Source of the DNA: an uncultured delta proteobacterium
GTDB taxonomy: Bacteria > Myxococcota_A > Polyangia > Polyangiales > Polyangiaceae
NCBI GenBank assembly: GCA_963782055.1
Contig: CAWAIF010000003.1
Location: 3,904,001-3,968,000, forward strand
Direction of reading: 5' to 3'
Length of the DNA: 64,000 nucleotides
Shown piece by piece: positions 42,559 to 54,407 of the stretch. The translations under genes were made by a program, and so were the position numbers. The notes below the pieces were generated by a model, which did not search any database, had not been told where the DNA came from, and saw only the letters and a program-made list of their open reading frames with translations. The number at the start of each line of letters is the position of its first letter. Within the stretch, counting starts at the first letter, position 1.

Positions 42559-44293
42559 GCCCCGGGGCGGCGCGACCGTCGTCGCGGTGACGGCGCTGGT
42601 CGCGGTGCTCGCGGGGACGGCATGCAAGGACCCGGTCACGGCGCCCATCGCCGCGGCGCACGGTGACGACCAGACGCCGGTGCGGGGCGGGCACCTGCAG
42701 CTCGCCAGCTTCGCCGACATCAAGACGCTGGACCCGGCGGTCGCGGCGGACACTCTCACGGCGGAGGCGCTGGAGCTCATGTTCGCGGGGCTCGTCGACT
42801 TCGACGCGCAGGGCAACGTGGTGCCCGACCTGGCGGAGCGCTTCGAGCAAAGCGACGACGGCCTGGTCTACCGATTCTTCCTGCGGCAAAGCGCCCTGTT
42901 CCAGGACGGCACGCCCGTCACCGCCGAGGACGTCAAGCAATCCATCGAGCGCGCGCTGCACCCGGACACGCCGAGCTCCTTCGCCAGCTTCTACGACCAC
43001 ATCGCCGGCTACGACGACTACACCGCGCGCAAGACGCCGCACCTCTCCGGCGTGGTGGTGGAGGGCGAGCGCGTGGTGGCCATCCACCTGCGCGAGCCGG
43101 ACGCGACCTTCCTCGCGGCCTTCGCCATGATGGCGCTGCGGCCGGTCTGCAAGTCGGCGGGGAGCACCTACTCCGACACGTGGAAGCCGTGCGGGGCGGG
43201 GCCGTTCAAGCTGCTGCCGGGCGGGTGGGACCGCGGGCGCAGCCTCACCCTGGTGCGCCACGAGGGCTACTTCCGGCCGGGGATGCCGCACTTCGACGCG
43301 ATCACCTGGTCGTACGGGATGAACGTGGTCACCCAGCGCTTCAAGCTGGAGGCGGGCGATCTGGACATGACCCACGAGCTCGGGCTGGGCGACACGCTGC
43401 GCTTCCAGCACGACCCGCGGTGGAAGGGCCTGGGCGCCTACGACGCCGCGCCGTCCATCCAGGGCGAGGGCATGAACGTGGAGATGCCGCCCTTCGACAA
43501 CGTGGAGGTGCGGCGGGCGGTGGCGGCGGCGATCGACCGCCGCGAGATGGCGCTGCTGCGCACGCCCAACCTGACGGCGCTGCACCGCGTGCTGCCGAGC
43601 ACCTTCGTGGGCGATGCCCCCTTCCCCGCTGCGAAGTACCAGAGCTACGACCTCGCCGCGGCGCTCGAGCACATGAAGCGCGCGGGCTACCCCTACGACC
43701 CGAAGACGGGCAAGGGCGGCTACCCCAGGACGATCACCTACGTCGTCTACAAGCAGGGCCTCTTCGAGGCGACGGGGCAGATCCTGCAGCAACAGCTCGC
43801 GCGGATCGGCATCCACATCGAGCTCAAGATCGTCAGCTACCCGACGTACCTGAGCCTCACCAAGCGCCGCCACACCGTGGCCATGGCGCCGCAGGCGTGG
43901 CTGCAGGACTTCCCCGACGAGAGCGACTTCTTCGAGCCGCTCTTCGCCAGCTCGGCCATCAACGACGAGGACTCCAACAACGGCGCCTTCTACTCCAACC
44001 CGAAGCTGGACGCGCTCCTGAAGACCGCGCGCAGGGAGCTCGACCCGGCCACGCGCAAGAAGATGTACGACCAGGCGGACGCCATCGTCTGCGAGGACGC
44101 GCCGTGGGCGATGACCCTCACCTACCGGTCCTTCGGCGTGCACCAGCCCTACGTGAAGGGGCTCGTCTCCCACGCGGTGTGGCCGGACTTCGTGCGCGAG
44201 GCCTGGCTCGACAAGGCGGCGAAGGCGGTGACGGCGCGCGCGGGCGTGCTGGACGGCCTGGGCGTGCGCCTCGCCTACGGGGCCCGCCGATGA
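42533..44293 (+). CDS. ABC transporter substrate-binding lipoprotein (family 5, DppA/OppA-like)
   Basis: AGTAC lipobox; TLDPA; VPDLAE; FQDGTPVTAEDV; GAGPFKL; PFDNVEVRRAV. Confidence 0.92.
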   Translation: MRWTRRRTEPRGGATVVAVTALVAVLAGTACKDPVTAPIAAAHGDDQTPVRGGHLQLASFADIKTLDPAVAADTLTAEALELMFAGLVDFDAQGNVVPDLAERFEQSDDGLVYRFFLRQSALFQDGTPVTAEDVKQSIERALHPDTPSSFASFYDHIAGYDDYTARKTPHLSGVVVEGERVVAIHLREPDATFLAAFAMMALRPVCKSAGSTYSDTWKPCGAGPFKLLPGGWDRGRSLTLVRHEGYFRPGMPHFDAITWSYGMNVVTQRFKLEAGDLDMTHELGLGDTLRFQHDPRWKGLGAYDAAPSIQGEGMNVEMPPFDNVEVRRAVAAAIDRREMALLRTPNLTALHRVLPSTFVGDAPFPAAKYQSYDLAAALEHMKRAGYPYDPKTGKGGYPRTITYVVYKQGLFEATGQILQQQLARIGIHIELKIVSYPTYLSLTKRRHTVAMAPQAWLQDFPDESDFFEPLFASSAINDEDSNNGAFYSNPKLDALLKTARRELDPATRKKMYDQADAIVCEDAPWAMTLTYRSFGVHQPYVKGLVSHAVWPDFVREAWLDKAAKAVTARAGVLDGLGVRLAYGARR

Positions 44294-45300
44294 TGCGCCG
44301 GGTGATGCAGCGGATCGCCTGGGCGGTCTTCGTCGTGTGGGCGACGACCACCCTCACCTTCTTCATCAACAACGTGCTGCCGAGCGATCCAGCGCGCATG
44401 GTGGCCGGCCCGCAGGCGCGGCCGCAGGAGGTGGAGAAGATCCGCGTGCAGCTCGGCCTGGACAAGCCGGTGCTGGTTCAATACGGGCTCTTCATGCGTC
44501 GGCTCGTGCACTTCGGGCCGATGGACACGAGCAAGTCGCCCGAGCACGCGACGTGCGTGGCCATCGGGCCGCTGCACATCGACCTGGGCAAGAGCTACCT
44601 GCAGCGGCGGCCGGTGGCGACGATCCTCGCCGAGAGGGCGCCCCGCACGGTCATGCTCGCCCTCGCGGCGATCGTCGTGGAGCTGCTCATCGGGATCGCG
44701 ACAGGGATGCTCGCCGCGGCGAAGCGCAACACGCTGCTCGACCACCTGGCGGTCGGCGGCAGCCTCCTGGGCATCTCGGCGCCGACCTTCATCCTGGGTC
44801 TGGCGCTGCAGTTCGTGCTGGCGCACAAGCTCCGCCTGCTGCCGCTGGACGGCTACGGGCGGGACGCGCCGGAGCACGCCGTGTCGCTGATCCTGCCCGC
44901 GCTCACCCTCGGCATCTACGGGGCCGCGTACTACACGCGCCTGGTGCGCGACGAGCTCATCGGCGCGATCAAGCAGGACCACGTGCGCACCGCGCGCGCC
45001 AAGGGGCTGAGCGCGTGGCGCATCTGGACACGGCACGCGCTGCGCAACGCGCTCCTGCCGCTCGCCACCGTCGTCGGGCTGGACCTGGGATCGCTCGTCG
45101 GCGGCGCCATCGTCACCGAGACGCTCTTCCGGTGGCCCGGGCTGGGCGCGCTCTCGGTGAACGCGCTCCTGGACCGCGACGGCCCGGTGATCCTGGGGAC
45201 GGTGCTCCTCGCGTCGACGGCGATCGTGATGTCCAACCTGCTGGTGGACCTCTCCTACGCGGTGCTCGACCCGCGCGTGCGCCACCAGTCGGCGAAGTAG
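44290..45300 (+). CDS. ABC transporter permease (DppB/OppB family)
   Basis: PSDPARM, LGLDKP, DLGKS, HVRTARAKGL, HALRNA, GAIVTETLF.WPGLG, DLSYAVLDPRVR; ATGA overlap. Confidence 0.93.
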   Translation: MMRRVMQRIAWAVFVVWATTTLTFFINNVLPSDPARMVAGPQARPQEVEKIRVQLGLDKPVLVQYGLFMRRLVHFGPMDTSKSPEHATCVAIGPLHIDLGKSYLQRRPVATILAERAPRTVMLALAAIVVELLIGIATGMLAAAKRNTLLDHLAVGGSLLGISAPTFILGLALQFVLAHKLRLLPLDGYGRDAPEHAVSLILPALTLGIYGAAYYTRLVRDELIGAIKQDHVRTARAKGLSAWRIWTRHALRNALLPLATVVGLDLGSLVGGAIVTETLFRWPGLGALSVNALLDRDGPVILGTVLLASTAIVMSNLLVDLSYAVLDPRVRHQSAK

Positions 45301-45304
45301 CCTG

Positions 45305-47641
45305 CTACTGGGTGATGAGCGCCTTGCACTCGGAGACGCGCGGGCCCTGGGCCTTCGCGGCGCAGCTCTTGAAGGCGGACTGGGCGGCGCCCTTCGCGCC
45401 CATCATCTCGTAGGCGCCGCCGAGCATCAGCCAGGCCTCGGCGTTGGTGGGGTCCTTCTGCGCGGCCTGCCGGGCGAGCGACGCCGCGAGGGCCGACTGG
45501 CCCTTGTCGAGGGCGTGCTGGGCGCGCTGAAGGAGGGTGCCGCCGGACGGGGCGGCGGTGGCGGTGGCGGTGGCGGTCGCCGTCTCGGTGGGCGCGGCGG
45601 TGGCGGTCGCCGTCCCGGTCGGGGCCGCCGTGGCGGTCTCGGTGGGCGCGGCGGTGGCGGTCGTCGTCGGGGCGGTGGCCGCGGCCTCCGCGTCGGCGGT
45701 CTCCGCGGCGGCGTCGGTATCGGCGGCGACGGTGTCGGTGGGGACGGGCGCGGTGACCGAGGTGGGCGGCGGGGGGATCGCCGGCTCGTGCGTGTCGGTG
45801 GGGATGGCGCTCGCGCTCGGCGCCGGCGGTGTGGGCGACCTGTCACGCCACTTCACGATGGTGATGCCGATCCCGGCGACGACGACGAAGGCGACGATCG
45901 CTGCGATGGCCTTGCCGAAGGACGAGGTGGGGATGGCGGCGGCGAGCTCCGCTTCATCGTGCGCCGGCGTCGCCTCGACGCGACGGGGCACGGTGGCGAC
46001 ACCCGGCGCGACCGGAACGGCGGGAGCGACGTCCTCTTCCTCCTCGTCGTCCTCTTCCTCCTCGTCGTCCTCTCCCTCCTCGTCGTCCTCTTCCTCCTCG
46101 TCGTCCTCTTCCTCCTCGTCGTCCTCTTCCTCCTCGTCGTCCTCTTCCTCCTCGTCGTCCTCTTCCTCCTCGTCGTCCTCTCCCTCCTCGTCGTCCTCTT
46201 CCTCAGCGGCCGCGCGTCCGCTCTCCACCAGCGTCGGCTCCGCCGGAACCGCGGCCTGCTTCGGCTGCTGCTCCTCCTCTTCCTCTTCACCTTCCTCCGC
46301 CGCCTTCTCGCTCTCCTCCGACTTCTTGGCGGGCGGCGGCGACGACGGCTCGCGCACGGTGTCCGGCGCCATGGGGAAGGCGCGCAGCGTGGTGGACCAC
46401 TTGCGCGGGGTGCCGGCCACCTTCACCTCCGGGATGGCGGCAGGCTTCGCGGCGGGCTCAGCCGGCTTCGCCTCAGGCTCCTTTGCCTCGGGCGCGGCCG
46501 CGGGCTCCGGCTCCTTCGGCTTGGCCGCGGCCGGTGCGGGCGGCGGCGTCGCGATCGCCACGGCGGGTGGCGGGGCGCTCGTCTCGGCACCGGGGACGAT
46601 CAGCATCTCGTCGCCGGGCGGCGGCTTGATGCTCTCCTTGCCGCCCTCGCCCGGGACCACCTCGTCGTGCGACTCCTCGGTGATGGTGACCGTCGTCTTG
46701 GGGACGAGCAGCTCCTCGAAGTACAGCTTGGTGATGGTGGAGAGGGTCGAGAGGTCCTCGAAGGGAGACTGGTCGACCACCTGCATCAGCGTGCGCTTGC
46801 CGTCGAAGAGCTTGAGGATGCCGTTGAGCTCGTCGGGGATCTCGTTCAGCCGCTCCAGGAGCTGCTGGTGGTCTATCTCGAAGATGGTCGACAGCGGGGG
46901 GAGCTGCTCGAGCAGGCGGCCCCACTCGTCCACCCGCCGCATGCCCTCCATCAGGATGCCCTGCGTGGAGGTGCCGATGATGTCCTCGTTCTTGACCGGG
47001 CAGAAGACGACCTCGAACTCCGCCTCGTTCCAGATGAGGGTGCGGTAGATCGCCTCCTCCCCGCGCAGGGGGCCGAGCTCGGCGTCGACCACCTTGCCGT
47101 CGCGGAAGTAGACGTGCGCCTCCTGGGTGCCGCTCTTGAGCGTGATGATGCCGCTCTTGCGGGAGACCTCGAAGGTCTGGAGCAGGTCCACCACCGCCAT
47201 GTCCTGGATGGACCCGGTGAAGCGGGTGCGCCCGGTCATGGTCCGGGTGGTGGCGATGGACTCCTGCGTACGCCGGGCCAGCAGCAGGTTCACCCGGGCG
47301 AGCAGCTCGCGGACGAAGATGGGCTTGGTGAGGTAATCCTCCACCCCCAGCTCCAGGCCGCGGATCTTGTCCTCGATGGATTTCTGGCTGGTCAGGAAGA
47401 CGACGGGGATGCCCGCCCACTCCGGACGCTCCTTGAGCCGGCGGACCAGCGCGTAGCCGTCCAGCTTGGGGAGGCGGGTGTCGGACAGGACGAGGTCCGG
47501 CGTGGAGAGCTCCAGCTTGGAGAGCGCGTCGAGGCCGTCGGTCGCGGTGGTGACCGAATACCCGGCTTTCTTCAGGCTGACTTCGAGGACCCGCACACTG
47601 CGGGGGTCCGCGTCGACCAGCAACAGTTGCTGCTTTGCCAC
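45305..47641 (-). CDS. Membrane-anchored response regulator: receiver + DUF4388(PATAN)-like domain + acidic linker + TM + Thr/Ala/Pro linker + TPR
   Basis: [94 protein letters not shown] start after GGAGAG. Confidence 0.85.
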   Translation of the reverse strand: MAKQQLLLVDADPRSVRVLEVSLKKAGYSVTTATDGLDALSKLELSTPDLVLSDTRLPKLDGYALVRRLKERPEWAGIPVVFLTSQKSIEDKIRGLELGVEDYLTKPIFVRELLARVNLLLARRTQESIATTRTMTGRTRFTGSIQDMAVVDLLQTFEVSRKSGIITLKSGTQEAHVYFRDGKVVDAELGPLRGEEAIYRTLIWNEAEFEVVFCPVKNEDIIGTSTQGILMEGMRRVDEWGRLLEQLPPLSTIFEIDHQQLLERLNEIPDELNGILKLFDGKRTLMQVVDQSPFEDLSTLSTITKLYFEELLVPKTTVTITEESHDEVVPGEGGKESIKPPPGDEMLIVPGAETSAPPPAVAIATPPPAPAAAKPKEPEPAAAPEAKEPEAKPAEPAAKPAAIPEVKVAGTPRKWSTTLRAFPMAPDTVREPSSPPPAKKSEESEKAAEEGEEEEEEQQPKQAAVPAEPTLVESGRAAAEEEDDEEGEDDEEEEDDEEEEDDEEEEDDEEEEDDEEEEDDEEGEDDEEEEDDEEEEDVAPAVPVAPGVATVPRRVEATPAHDEAELAAAIPTSSFGKAIAAIVAFVVVAGIGITIVKWRDRSPTPPAPSASAIPTDTHEPAIPPPPTSVTAPVPTDTVAADTDAAAETADAEAAATAPTTTATAAPTETATAAPTGTATATAAPTETATATATATAAPSGGTLLQRAQHALDKGQSALAASLARQAAQKDPTNAEAWLMLGGAYEMMGAKGAAQSAFKSCAAKAQGPRVSECKALITQ
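46031..46204 (-). repeat. 18-bp coding tandem repeat (~9.7 copies) encoding (DEEEED)n
   Basis: Unit GTCCTCTTCCTCCTCGTC on the + strand; two copies carry the same variant (EEGE). Confidence 0.93.
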
Positions 47642-47667
47642 TCGCTCTCCTTCGACGCCGCGGGGAG

Positions 47668-47697
47668 AGGATGGTCGGGCGGTCGGGAGGGTGTCAA
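47668..47697 (-). promoter_or_regulatory. Candidate sigma70-type promoter of the membrane response regulator
   Basis: TTGACA (47697-47692), 18-bp spacer, CATCCT (47673-47668). Confidence 0.3.
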
Positions 47698-47920
47698 GCT
47701 GCTTTGGATTTTTACTGCGTGTCGCGCGGCGGATGCTCTTGCCCGCGGCGAGCCGCGGCTCCACCGGCAGGTCCCGCGCCACGTCGGCGAAGGCGCCCTT
47801 TTGCCAGCGCCCGACGTTCCCCTGGCCCGGGAGCTCGCCACCGCCTGGCCCGGCTGGAGGACGTGCAGGTCCCTGGCCTTCCCGCCCCTTCGGGGACCTC
47901 GAGGAGGGTGCTCGCGCCGC

Positions 47921-49468
<1,548 letters not shown>

Positions 49469-49515
49469 GATCAGGTGGCGGAGGTCGAGGGTGTCGCTTC
49501 CCACCACCGGCCCCG

Positions 49516-49746
49516 TCACTCTTCGTCGCCGGCGGCGTCCTGCGCGGCGGCGGCGTCGCCCCCGGCCTCGTCCCCGGCGTCGGGCAGCACGCAGACGCCG
49601 CTCGGGCACACCAGGCCGGCGGCGCAGTCCTTGGCGCGCGTGCAGGGCGCGTTCAGTCCCTTCGAGGAGGAGTCGACGGACCCGCACGACGGATCGTGGG
49701 CGGCAATCCCGAGCAGGACGCCAGCGATCGCGGCGTGCCGTATCAC
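49516..49746 (-). CDS. Small exported Cys-rich peptide
   Basis: Signal-like N-terminus; CTRAKDCAAGLVCPSGVC; DAG-rich acidic tail; fills the gap between co-oriented genes. Confidence 0.65.
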   Translation of the reverse strand: MIRHAAIAGVLLGIAAHDPSCGSVDSSSKGLNAPCTRAKDCAAGLVCPSGVCVLPDAGDEAGGDAAAAQDAAGDEE

Positions 49747-49767
49747 GGCTTCAGTCTATCACCACCT

Positions 49768-50976
49768 TCAGCCGGCGGCGGCGCCTGCGGCGGTGCCGCA
49801 GTTGGGGCAGAACTTGGCTGCAGCCCCCACCTCGCCCCCGCAGGAGGTACAGAACTTCTTCACCGCGGCGAGGGGGGTGCCGCACTCGCTGCAGAACTTC
49901 CCCATGGGCTGCGCGGTGCCGCACTTGCCGCAGGTGGTGGTCCCGCCGCCGCCCCCGATGGGGAACTGGGGAGCCTGCTGCGGCTGCGCCGGCCGCGCGA
50001 GCTGGTTGGCCATGTTCGCGCCGACCGCCATCTGCACGCCCAGGCCGGCGATGCTGCCGCCGTCGCCCACGCCGTGCTCGGCCATGCCCTGCCCCGCGCC
50101 GATGACGGCCTGGCCCGCCGCGTAGTTCTGGTAGTTGCCGGCGAGGTTCTGCACGTAGCGGGAGTCCTGCTGGTACTTCTGGTCCAGCTCGAACTGCTTG
50201 GCCTGGGCCTCCGCCTGGGCGCCGGCCACGCCGATCTGCTTGACCTTCACCGCGCGCTGGGCGCGGGCGATCTCGGCGTTCGCCTCCTTCAGGCGCTCGC
50301 GGTCCTCGTCGGAGAAGTTGATCTGGTAGTCCCCCATCTGGAGGATCTTCACGCCGATGTCGGCGAGGTCCGGGCAGTGGGAGACGAACTGCTGGGCCAG
50401 CTTCTGCCGCAGGCTCATCGCCTGGAGCACGCTCTTGCCCTCGACCTCGCACAGCTCGCCCAGGGTGGTGCGTACGCCGTTGAGGAAGACGCCCTTCACC
50501 CAGCTCAGCACCGCGTCGTTATCGCGCGCGGCGGCCTGCCCGGAGTAGCCCACGATGAAGCGCACCGGATCGGTCACCACGACCGAGACCTCACCGAAGA
50601 TGCGCGGCGCGACCTGCTCGCCCGTGAGCGGGTCGAGCATGTCGCCCACGGGGCCGCCGAAGGGCACGCCGAAGATGGGCGAGATCTTCACGAAGAAGAT
50701 CTCGCTGATGAACACCTGGCCCCCCGTGTAGTTGTTCACGATGGAGTTGAGGAAGGGGATGTTCTGCGTGCTGAGCGTGTGGCGCCCGGCGGGGAGCACG
50801 CCGACGACACGGCCGTCCTTGAAGAAGACGGCGCACTCGTCGCTGTCGACGGTCAGCTGGGACCAGAAGGGGAAGTTCTGGTCGGGGTGCTTGTAGACGA
50901 TGAGGTTCTTCAGATGATCCGGGCGAGCGATCATCATCTCCTGCACGCCTTGCTTCACGAAGTCGAACACACCCAT
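49768..50976 (-). CDS. SPFH/band-7-like (YdjI-type) protein with C-terminal double zinc ribbon
   Basis: SQLTVDSDECAVFFKDG...GRHTLSTQNIPFL; CGKCG..KFCSECG..KFCTSCG..KFCPNCG. Confidence 0.87.
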   Translation of the reverse strand: MGVFDFVKQGVQEMMIARPDHLKNLIVYKHPDQNFPFWSQLTVDSDECAVFFKDGRVVGVLPAGRHTLSTQNIPFLNSIVNNYTGGQVFISEIFFVKISPIFGVPFGGPVGDMLDPLTGEQVAPRIFGEVSVVVTDPVRFIVGYSGQAAARDNDAVLSWVKGVFLNGVRTTLGELCEVEGKSVLQAMSLRQKLAQQFVSHCPDLADIGVKILQMGDYQINFSDEDRERLKEANAEIARAQRAVKVKQIGVAGAQAEAQAKQFELDQKYQQDSRYVQNLAGNYQNYAAGQAVIGAGQGMAEHGVGDGGSIAGLGVQMAVGANMANQLARPAQPQQAPQFPIGGGGGTTTCGKCGTAQPMGKFCSECGTPLAAVKKFCTSCGGEVGAAAKFCPNCGTAAGAAAG

Positions 50977-51093
50977 CGTTTCCTCCGAAGGCAGCCAGTG
51001 GTCGCGAGAGACCCAAGATAGAGCGAGCGGCGCGGGTTCGCCAGCGCGGAAAACCGCGGTGCCTTCGGCGCCGCCTGCGCTACCCTGAATCCC

Positions 51094-52218
51094 ATGCAGC
51101 CGCCCGTGGACGTGACCGCTCTGCCCGCACCGGCGCAGCGCCTGCTCGACCCCAAGTCGCCCGCTCCCCTGCGGCAAATGGCGGCGAAGGGCATCGCGCC
51201 GGGCCTCAAGCCCCACGAGGCGGTCACGGTGGTGGCGATCCTCGCCGAGGCCGACGATCCCATCGCGGAGGCCGCCCGGGCGACGCTCGCGGCCCTCCCG
51301 GGGCCCGTCATCGCCGGCGCGCTGGGCCCCGAGCTGCCGCCCGGCGTGCTCGCGGCGATGGCGCCGCACTACGCCAAGAACGCCGGCGTGATGGAGAAGC
51401 TCCTCCAGCTGCCGCAGCTCCTCCCGGACACGGTCGCGGACATCGCCGCGGTGTGCAACGAGCAGGTCGCCGAGCTCGTGGCGACCAACGAGGAGAAGCT
51501 GCTCAAGCACCCGAGCATCATCGAGAAGCTCTACATGAACAAGGCGACGCGCATGTCGACCTCCGACCGCATCCTGGAGCTCGCGGTGCGCAACGACCTG
51601 AAGCTGGAGGGCATCCCGGCGTTCGACGAGGCAGCGGCGGAGATCCGCGGGCAGCTCATCCCCGAACCCTCCGAGGAGCCGACCTACGACGACGTGCTCT
51701 TCAACGAGACGGAGAAGATCGCGCAGGAGATCCCGCTCGACCCGACGAAGGAGAGTACGCACCGCATCGACGAGGAGACGGGCGAAGAGGTGATCGAGCC
51801 CAAGTTCCAGAGCGTCGAGACGAAGCTCAAGGACATGACGATGACGCAGAAGATCCGCCGCGCCATGCTGGGCACGCCGTCGGAGCGCGCGATCCTCGTC
51901 CGCGACACCAACCGCAACGTGGCGCGCGCCGCCATCAAGAGCCCCCTCATCCAGGAGAACGAGGTGGTGCGCATCGCGGCCAGTCGCAACGTCTCCGACG
52001 AGGTGCTCGGCTTCATCGCCCGGAGCCGCGACTGGACGCGCAGCTACCAGGTCAAGATCAACCTGGTGCAGAACCCGAGGACGCCCTTCGGCTTCGTGAC
52101 CAAGCTCATCCCTCACCTCTTCGAGCACGACCTCAAGGCGCTGGCGAAGAGCAAGAACGTCACCGGATCGGTGTCCCAGGCGGCGCGGCAGCAGCTCCAC
52201 CGCAAGGGCAAGATGTGA
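51094..52218 (+). CDS. Uncharacterised helical-repeat protein
   Basis: 374 aa with typical codon usage; QKIRRAMLG...LVRDTNRNVA...WTRSYQVKINLVQNPRTP. Confidence 0.8.
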   Translation: MQPPVDVTALPAPAQRLLDPKSPAPLRQMAAKGIAPGLKPHEAVTVVAILAEADDPIAEAARATLAALPGPVIAGALGPELPPGVLAAMAPHYAKNAGVMEKLLQLPQLLPDTVADIAAVCNEQVAELVATNEEKLLKHPSIIEKLYMNKATRMSTSDRILELAVRNDLKLEGIPAFDEAAAEIRGQLIPEPSEEPTYDDVLFNETEKIAQEIPLDPTKESTHRIDEETGEEVIEPKFQSVETKLKDMTMTQKIRRAMLGTPSERAILVRDTNRNVARAAIKSPLIQENEVVRIAASRNVSDEVLGFIARSRDWTRSYQVKINLVQNPRTPFGFVTKLIPHLFEHDLKALAKSKNVTGSVSQAARQQLHRKGKM

Positions 52219-52283
52219 GCCGCAGCCCGCGGGGGAAATGACACGACGGGCCGCCGTGTTATATAGGCCCTGCTTTCGCGAGG

Positions 52284-54407
52284 ATGAAGCGTTACATCCC
52301 CTTCCTCTTGCCCTTTGCGCTCGTCGTGGCGCACGTGGTGCTCCTGTACCGTGCGGCGGCTTCGCATACGCGCGGCGAGTTCACCTACCCGCTCGACGAC
52401 ACGTACATCCACATGGCGCTCGCCCACCACATCGCCTTCGACGGCGTGTACGGGGTGACGCGCTTCGAGTTCACGCCCGCCGCGTCGTCGATCGTGTGGC
52501 CGTGGCTGCTCGCCCTCCTGGATCGCGCCTTCGGCGAGCACGTGCTGACGCCCCTGATGGTGAACGTCGCCGCCGCGGCCGGCCTGGTGTGGGCGGTCAA
52601 GCGGGCGCTGGATCGCCTCGCCCCCGAGGCGACCACCGTCACGCGGACCTTCTGGGTCGTGGTGGTGGTGATCGTGACGCCGCTCTCCACGCTGGTGATC
52701 ATCGGGATGGAGCACACGCTCCACGCCATGGCCACCGTCCTCCTCGCGACGGAGGCCGCGGTGTGGCTCGCCAGGGACCAGGACACCGACGCGCGCAAGC
52801 GGTGGCGCCTGGTCCTCATCCTCGGGGCGCTGGGCGCGCTGGACGCCGCGTCCCGCTACGAGGGCTGCTTCCTCGTCGCGCTGGTGTGCGGCCTGGGCGC
52901 GCTGCGGCACCGCCTGCGCGAGTCGGTGGTGCTGGGCGCGGTGGCGGCGGTCCCGGTGCTCGGCTTCGGCCTGTGGTCGATGCTTCACGGCGGCCGGCTG
53001 CTCCCCAACTCGGTGCTGCTCAAGGGGCACCCGCTGCGCGTCAAGAGCATCTCCGACCTGGGTGACTTCTTCGGCGGCGACCTCGTGCACCGCGCGACGA
53101 TCGAGCCGCACCTGTTCGCCTGCGTCGTCTCCGCCGCCATCCTGCTGCTCATCGTGCGCAGGCGGCTCGGCCCGCGCACCACGCAGGGGACGTTCCTCGT
53201 CCTGGCGATCGGCACGACGCTCGCCCACATGCAGTTCGCCAACCTGGAGTGGTTCTTCCGCTACGAGGCGTACACCGTCACGCTGACGACCGCCGCGGTT
53301 GGCGTGGCGTGCGCGCGGCTATGGCCCTCGGCGCGGGCCCTGCTCGCCCGCGGGAAGGAGGTCCCGCTCGCCTTCGGCACCGGCGTGGCGGTTCTGCTGC
53401 TGGGCGGCGCGCTCATGGAGCGGACCATCTCGGCGGCCAGCATCACGCCCATGGCGTGCGCCAACATCTACGACCAGCAGGTGCAGAGCGCGCGCTTCCT
53501 GGAGCGCTTCTTCCCGAACGAGCCCGTCGTGGTCAACGACATCGGCGCCGTCGCGTACATGCGCACGGGGCCCATCGTCGACCTGATGGGCCTCGCCTCG
53601 ATCGAGGTGGCGCGCGCGCGGCACTACGACATCGACAAGCCGCTGGAGCGGAGCTTCGTCGCGCAGGTGGCGGCCAGGAGCGACGTCGCCGTCGTGTACG
53701 ACGAGTGGTTCCCCGGCGCCATCCCGTCCACGTGGACGCGGCTGGGTCGCTGGAGCATCGACTTCTGCCGGTCCTGTGCTTTCGCCGACGTGAGCATCTA
53801 CGCGACGCGGCCGGAGGCCATCCCGCGCGTGGCGGCGGCGCTGCGGGCCTACGCCCCGGGCCTCCCCGAGGACGTGGACCAGGCCGGCTGGTACGTCAAC
53901 CTCCCGCCCCACACGCCGGGCGAGCCCACCCTGCTGGGCGAGGGCGACGTGGTCTCCATCGAGGTGCCCGGCAACGCGCGCTACACCGACCTCGGCTTCG
54001 TCGGGCCGAACGGGCGCGTGGCGTACCGGTCGCTCGTGCGCGGGGCGATGGCGCGCGGCAGGACGCCGGACCAGCTGGCCAACGCGCTGGTCGCCGGCTG
54101 GAAGAAGAGCAAGGACCACGACCTTCCGCGGGACCTGCAGCGGCCCCACGTGAGGCTGATCACGCCGCGCGCGATGCGCTACACGGTGAGCGGCAACGTC
54201 TTCCGCTGGGGGGATTCGTGGACCGAGCAGCCGATGTCCGTCTCGAAGGCGCTCGCCCGCGCGGGCGGCCCCACCGCCGCGGCGAAACGGCCGCTGGCCA
54301 TCTACCTCTGGCACCAGGAGGGGGGCGAGCTCGTCAAGGAGCCTGTCGCCCCGGCCGACCTGGACACCGTGCTCATCGACGCGAACGACATCCTCGTCGT
54401 GCCCTGA
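52284..54407 (+). CDS. GT-C-like polytopic membrane protein fused to a C-terminal Poly_export/SLBB (OPX-like) module
   Basis: YPLDDTYIH after TM1, GMEH, RYEG, RYEAY, NDIGA, DLMGL; about 11-13 TM; C-terminal LGEGDVVSIEV...VGPNGRV...ARGRTPDQL...TVSGNV...ALARAGG.T...DILVVP. Confidence 0.75.
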   Translation: MKRYIPFLLPFALVVAHVVLLYRAAASHTRGEFTYPLDDTYIHMALAHHIAFDGVYGVTRFEFTPAASSIVWPWLLALLDRAFGEHVLTPLMVNVAAAAGLVWAVKRALDRLAPEATTVTRTFWVVVVVIVTPLSTLVIIGMEHTLHAMATVLLATEAAVWLARDQDTDARKRWRLVLILGALGALDAASRYEGCFLVALVCGLGALRHRLRESVVLGAVAAVPVLGFGLWSMLHGGRLLPNSVLLKGHPLRVKSISDLGDFFGGDLVHRATIEPHLFACVVSAAILLLIVRRRLGPRTTQGTFLVLAIGTTLAHMQFANLEWFFRYEAYTVTLTTAAVGVACARLWPSARALLARGKEVPLAFGTGVAVLLLGGALMERTISAASITPMACANIYDQQVQSARFLERFFPNEPVVVNDIGAVAYMRTGPIVDLMGLASIEVARARHYDIDKPLERSFVAQVAARSDVAVVYDEWFPGAIPSTWTRLGRWSIDFCRSCAFADVSIYATRPEAIPRVAAALRAYAPGLPEDVDQAGWYVNLPPHTPGEPTLLGEGDVVSIEVPGNARYTDLGFVGPNGRVAYRSLVRGAMARGRTPDQLANALVAGWKKSKDHDLPRDLQRPHVRLITPRAMRYTVSGNVFRWGDSWTEQPMSVSKALARAGGPTAAAKRPLAIYLWHQEGGELVKEPVAPADLDTVLIDANDILVVP

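Noticed and set aside
46031..46204. Regular repeat array considered as CRISPR or non-coding array
   Set aside because: No spacers; it is an in-frame 18-bp coding repeat, and there are no cas genes.
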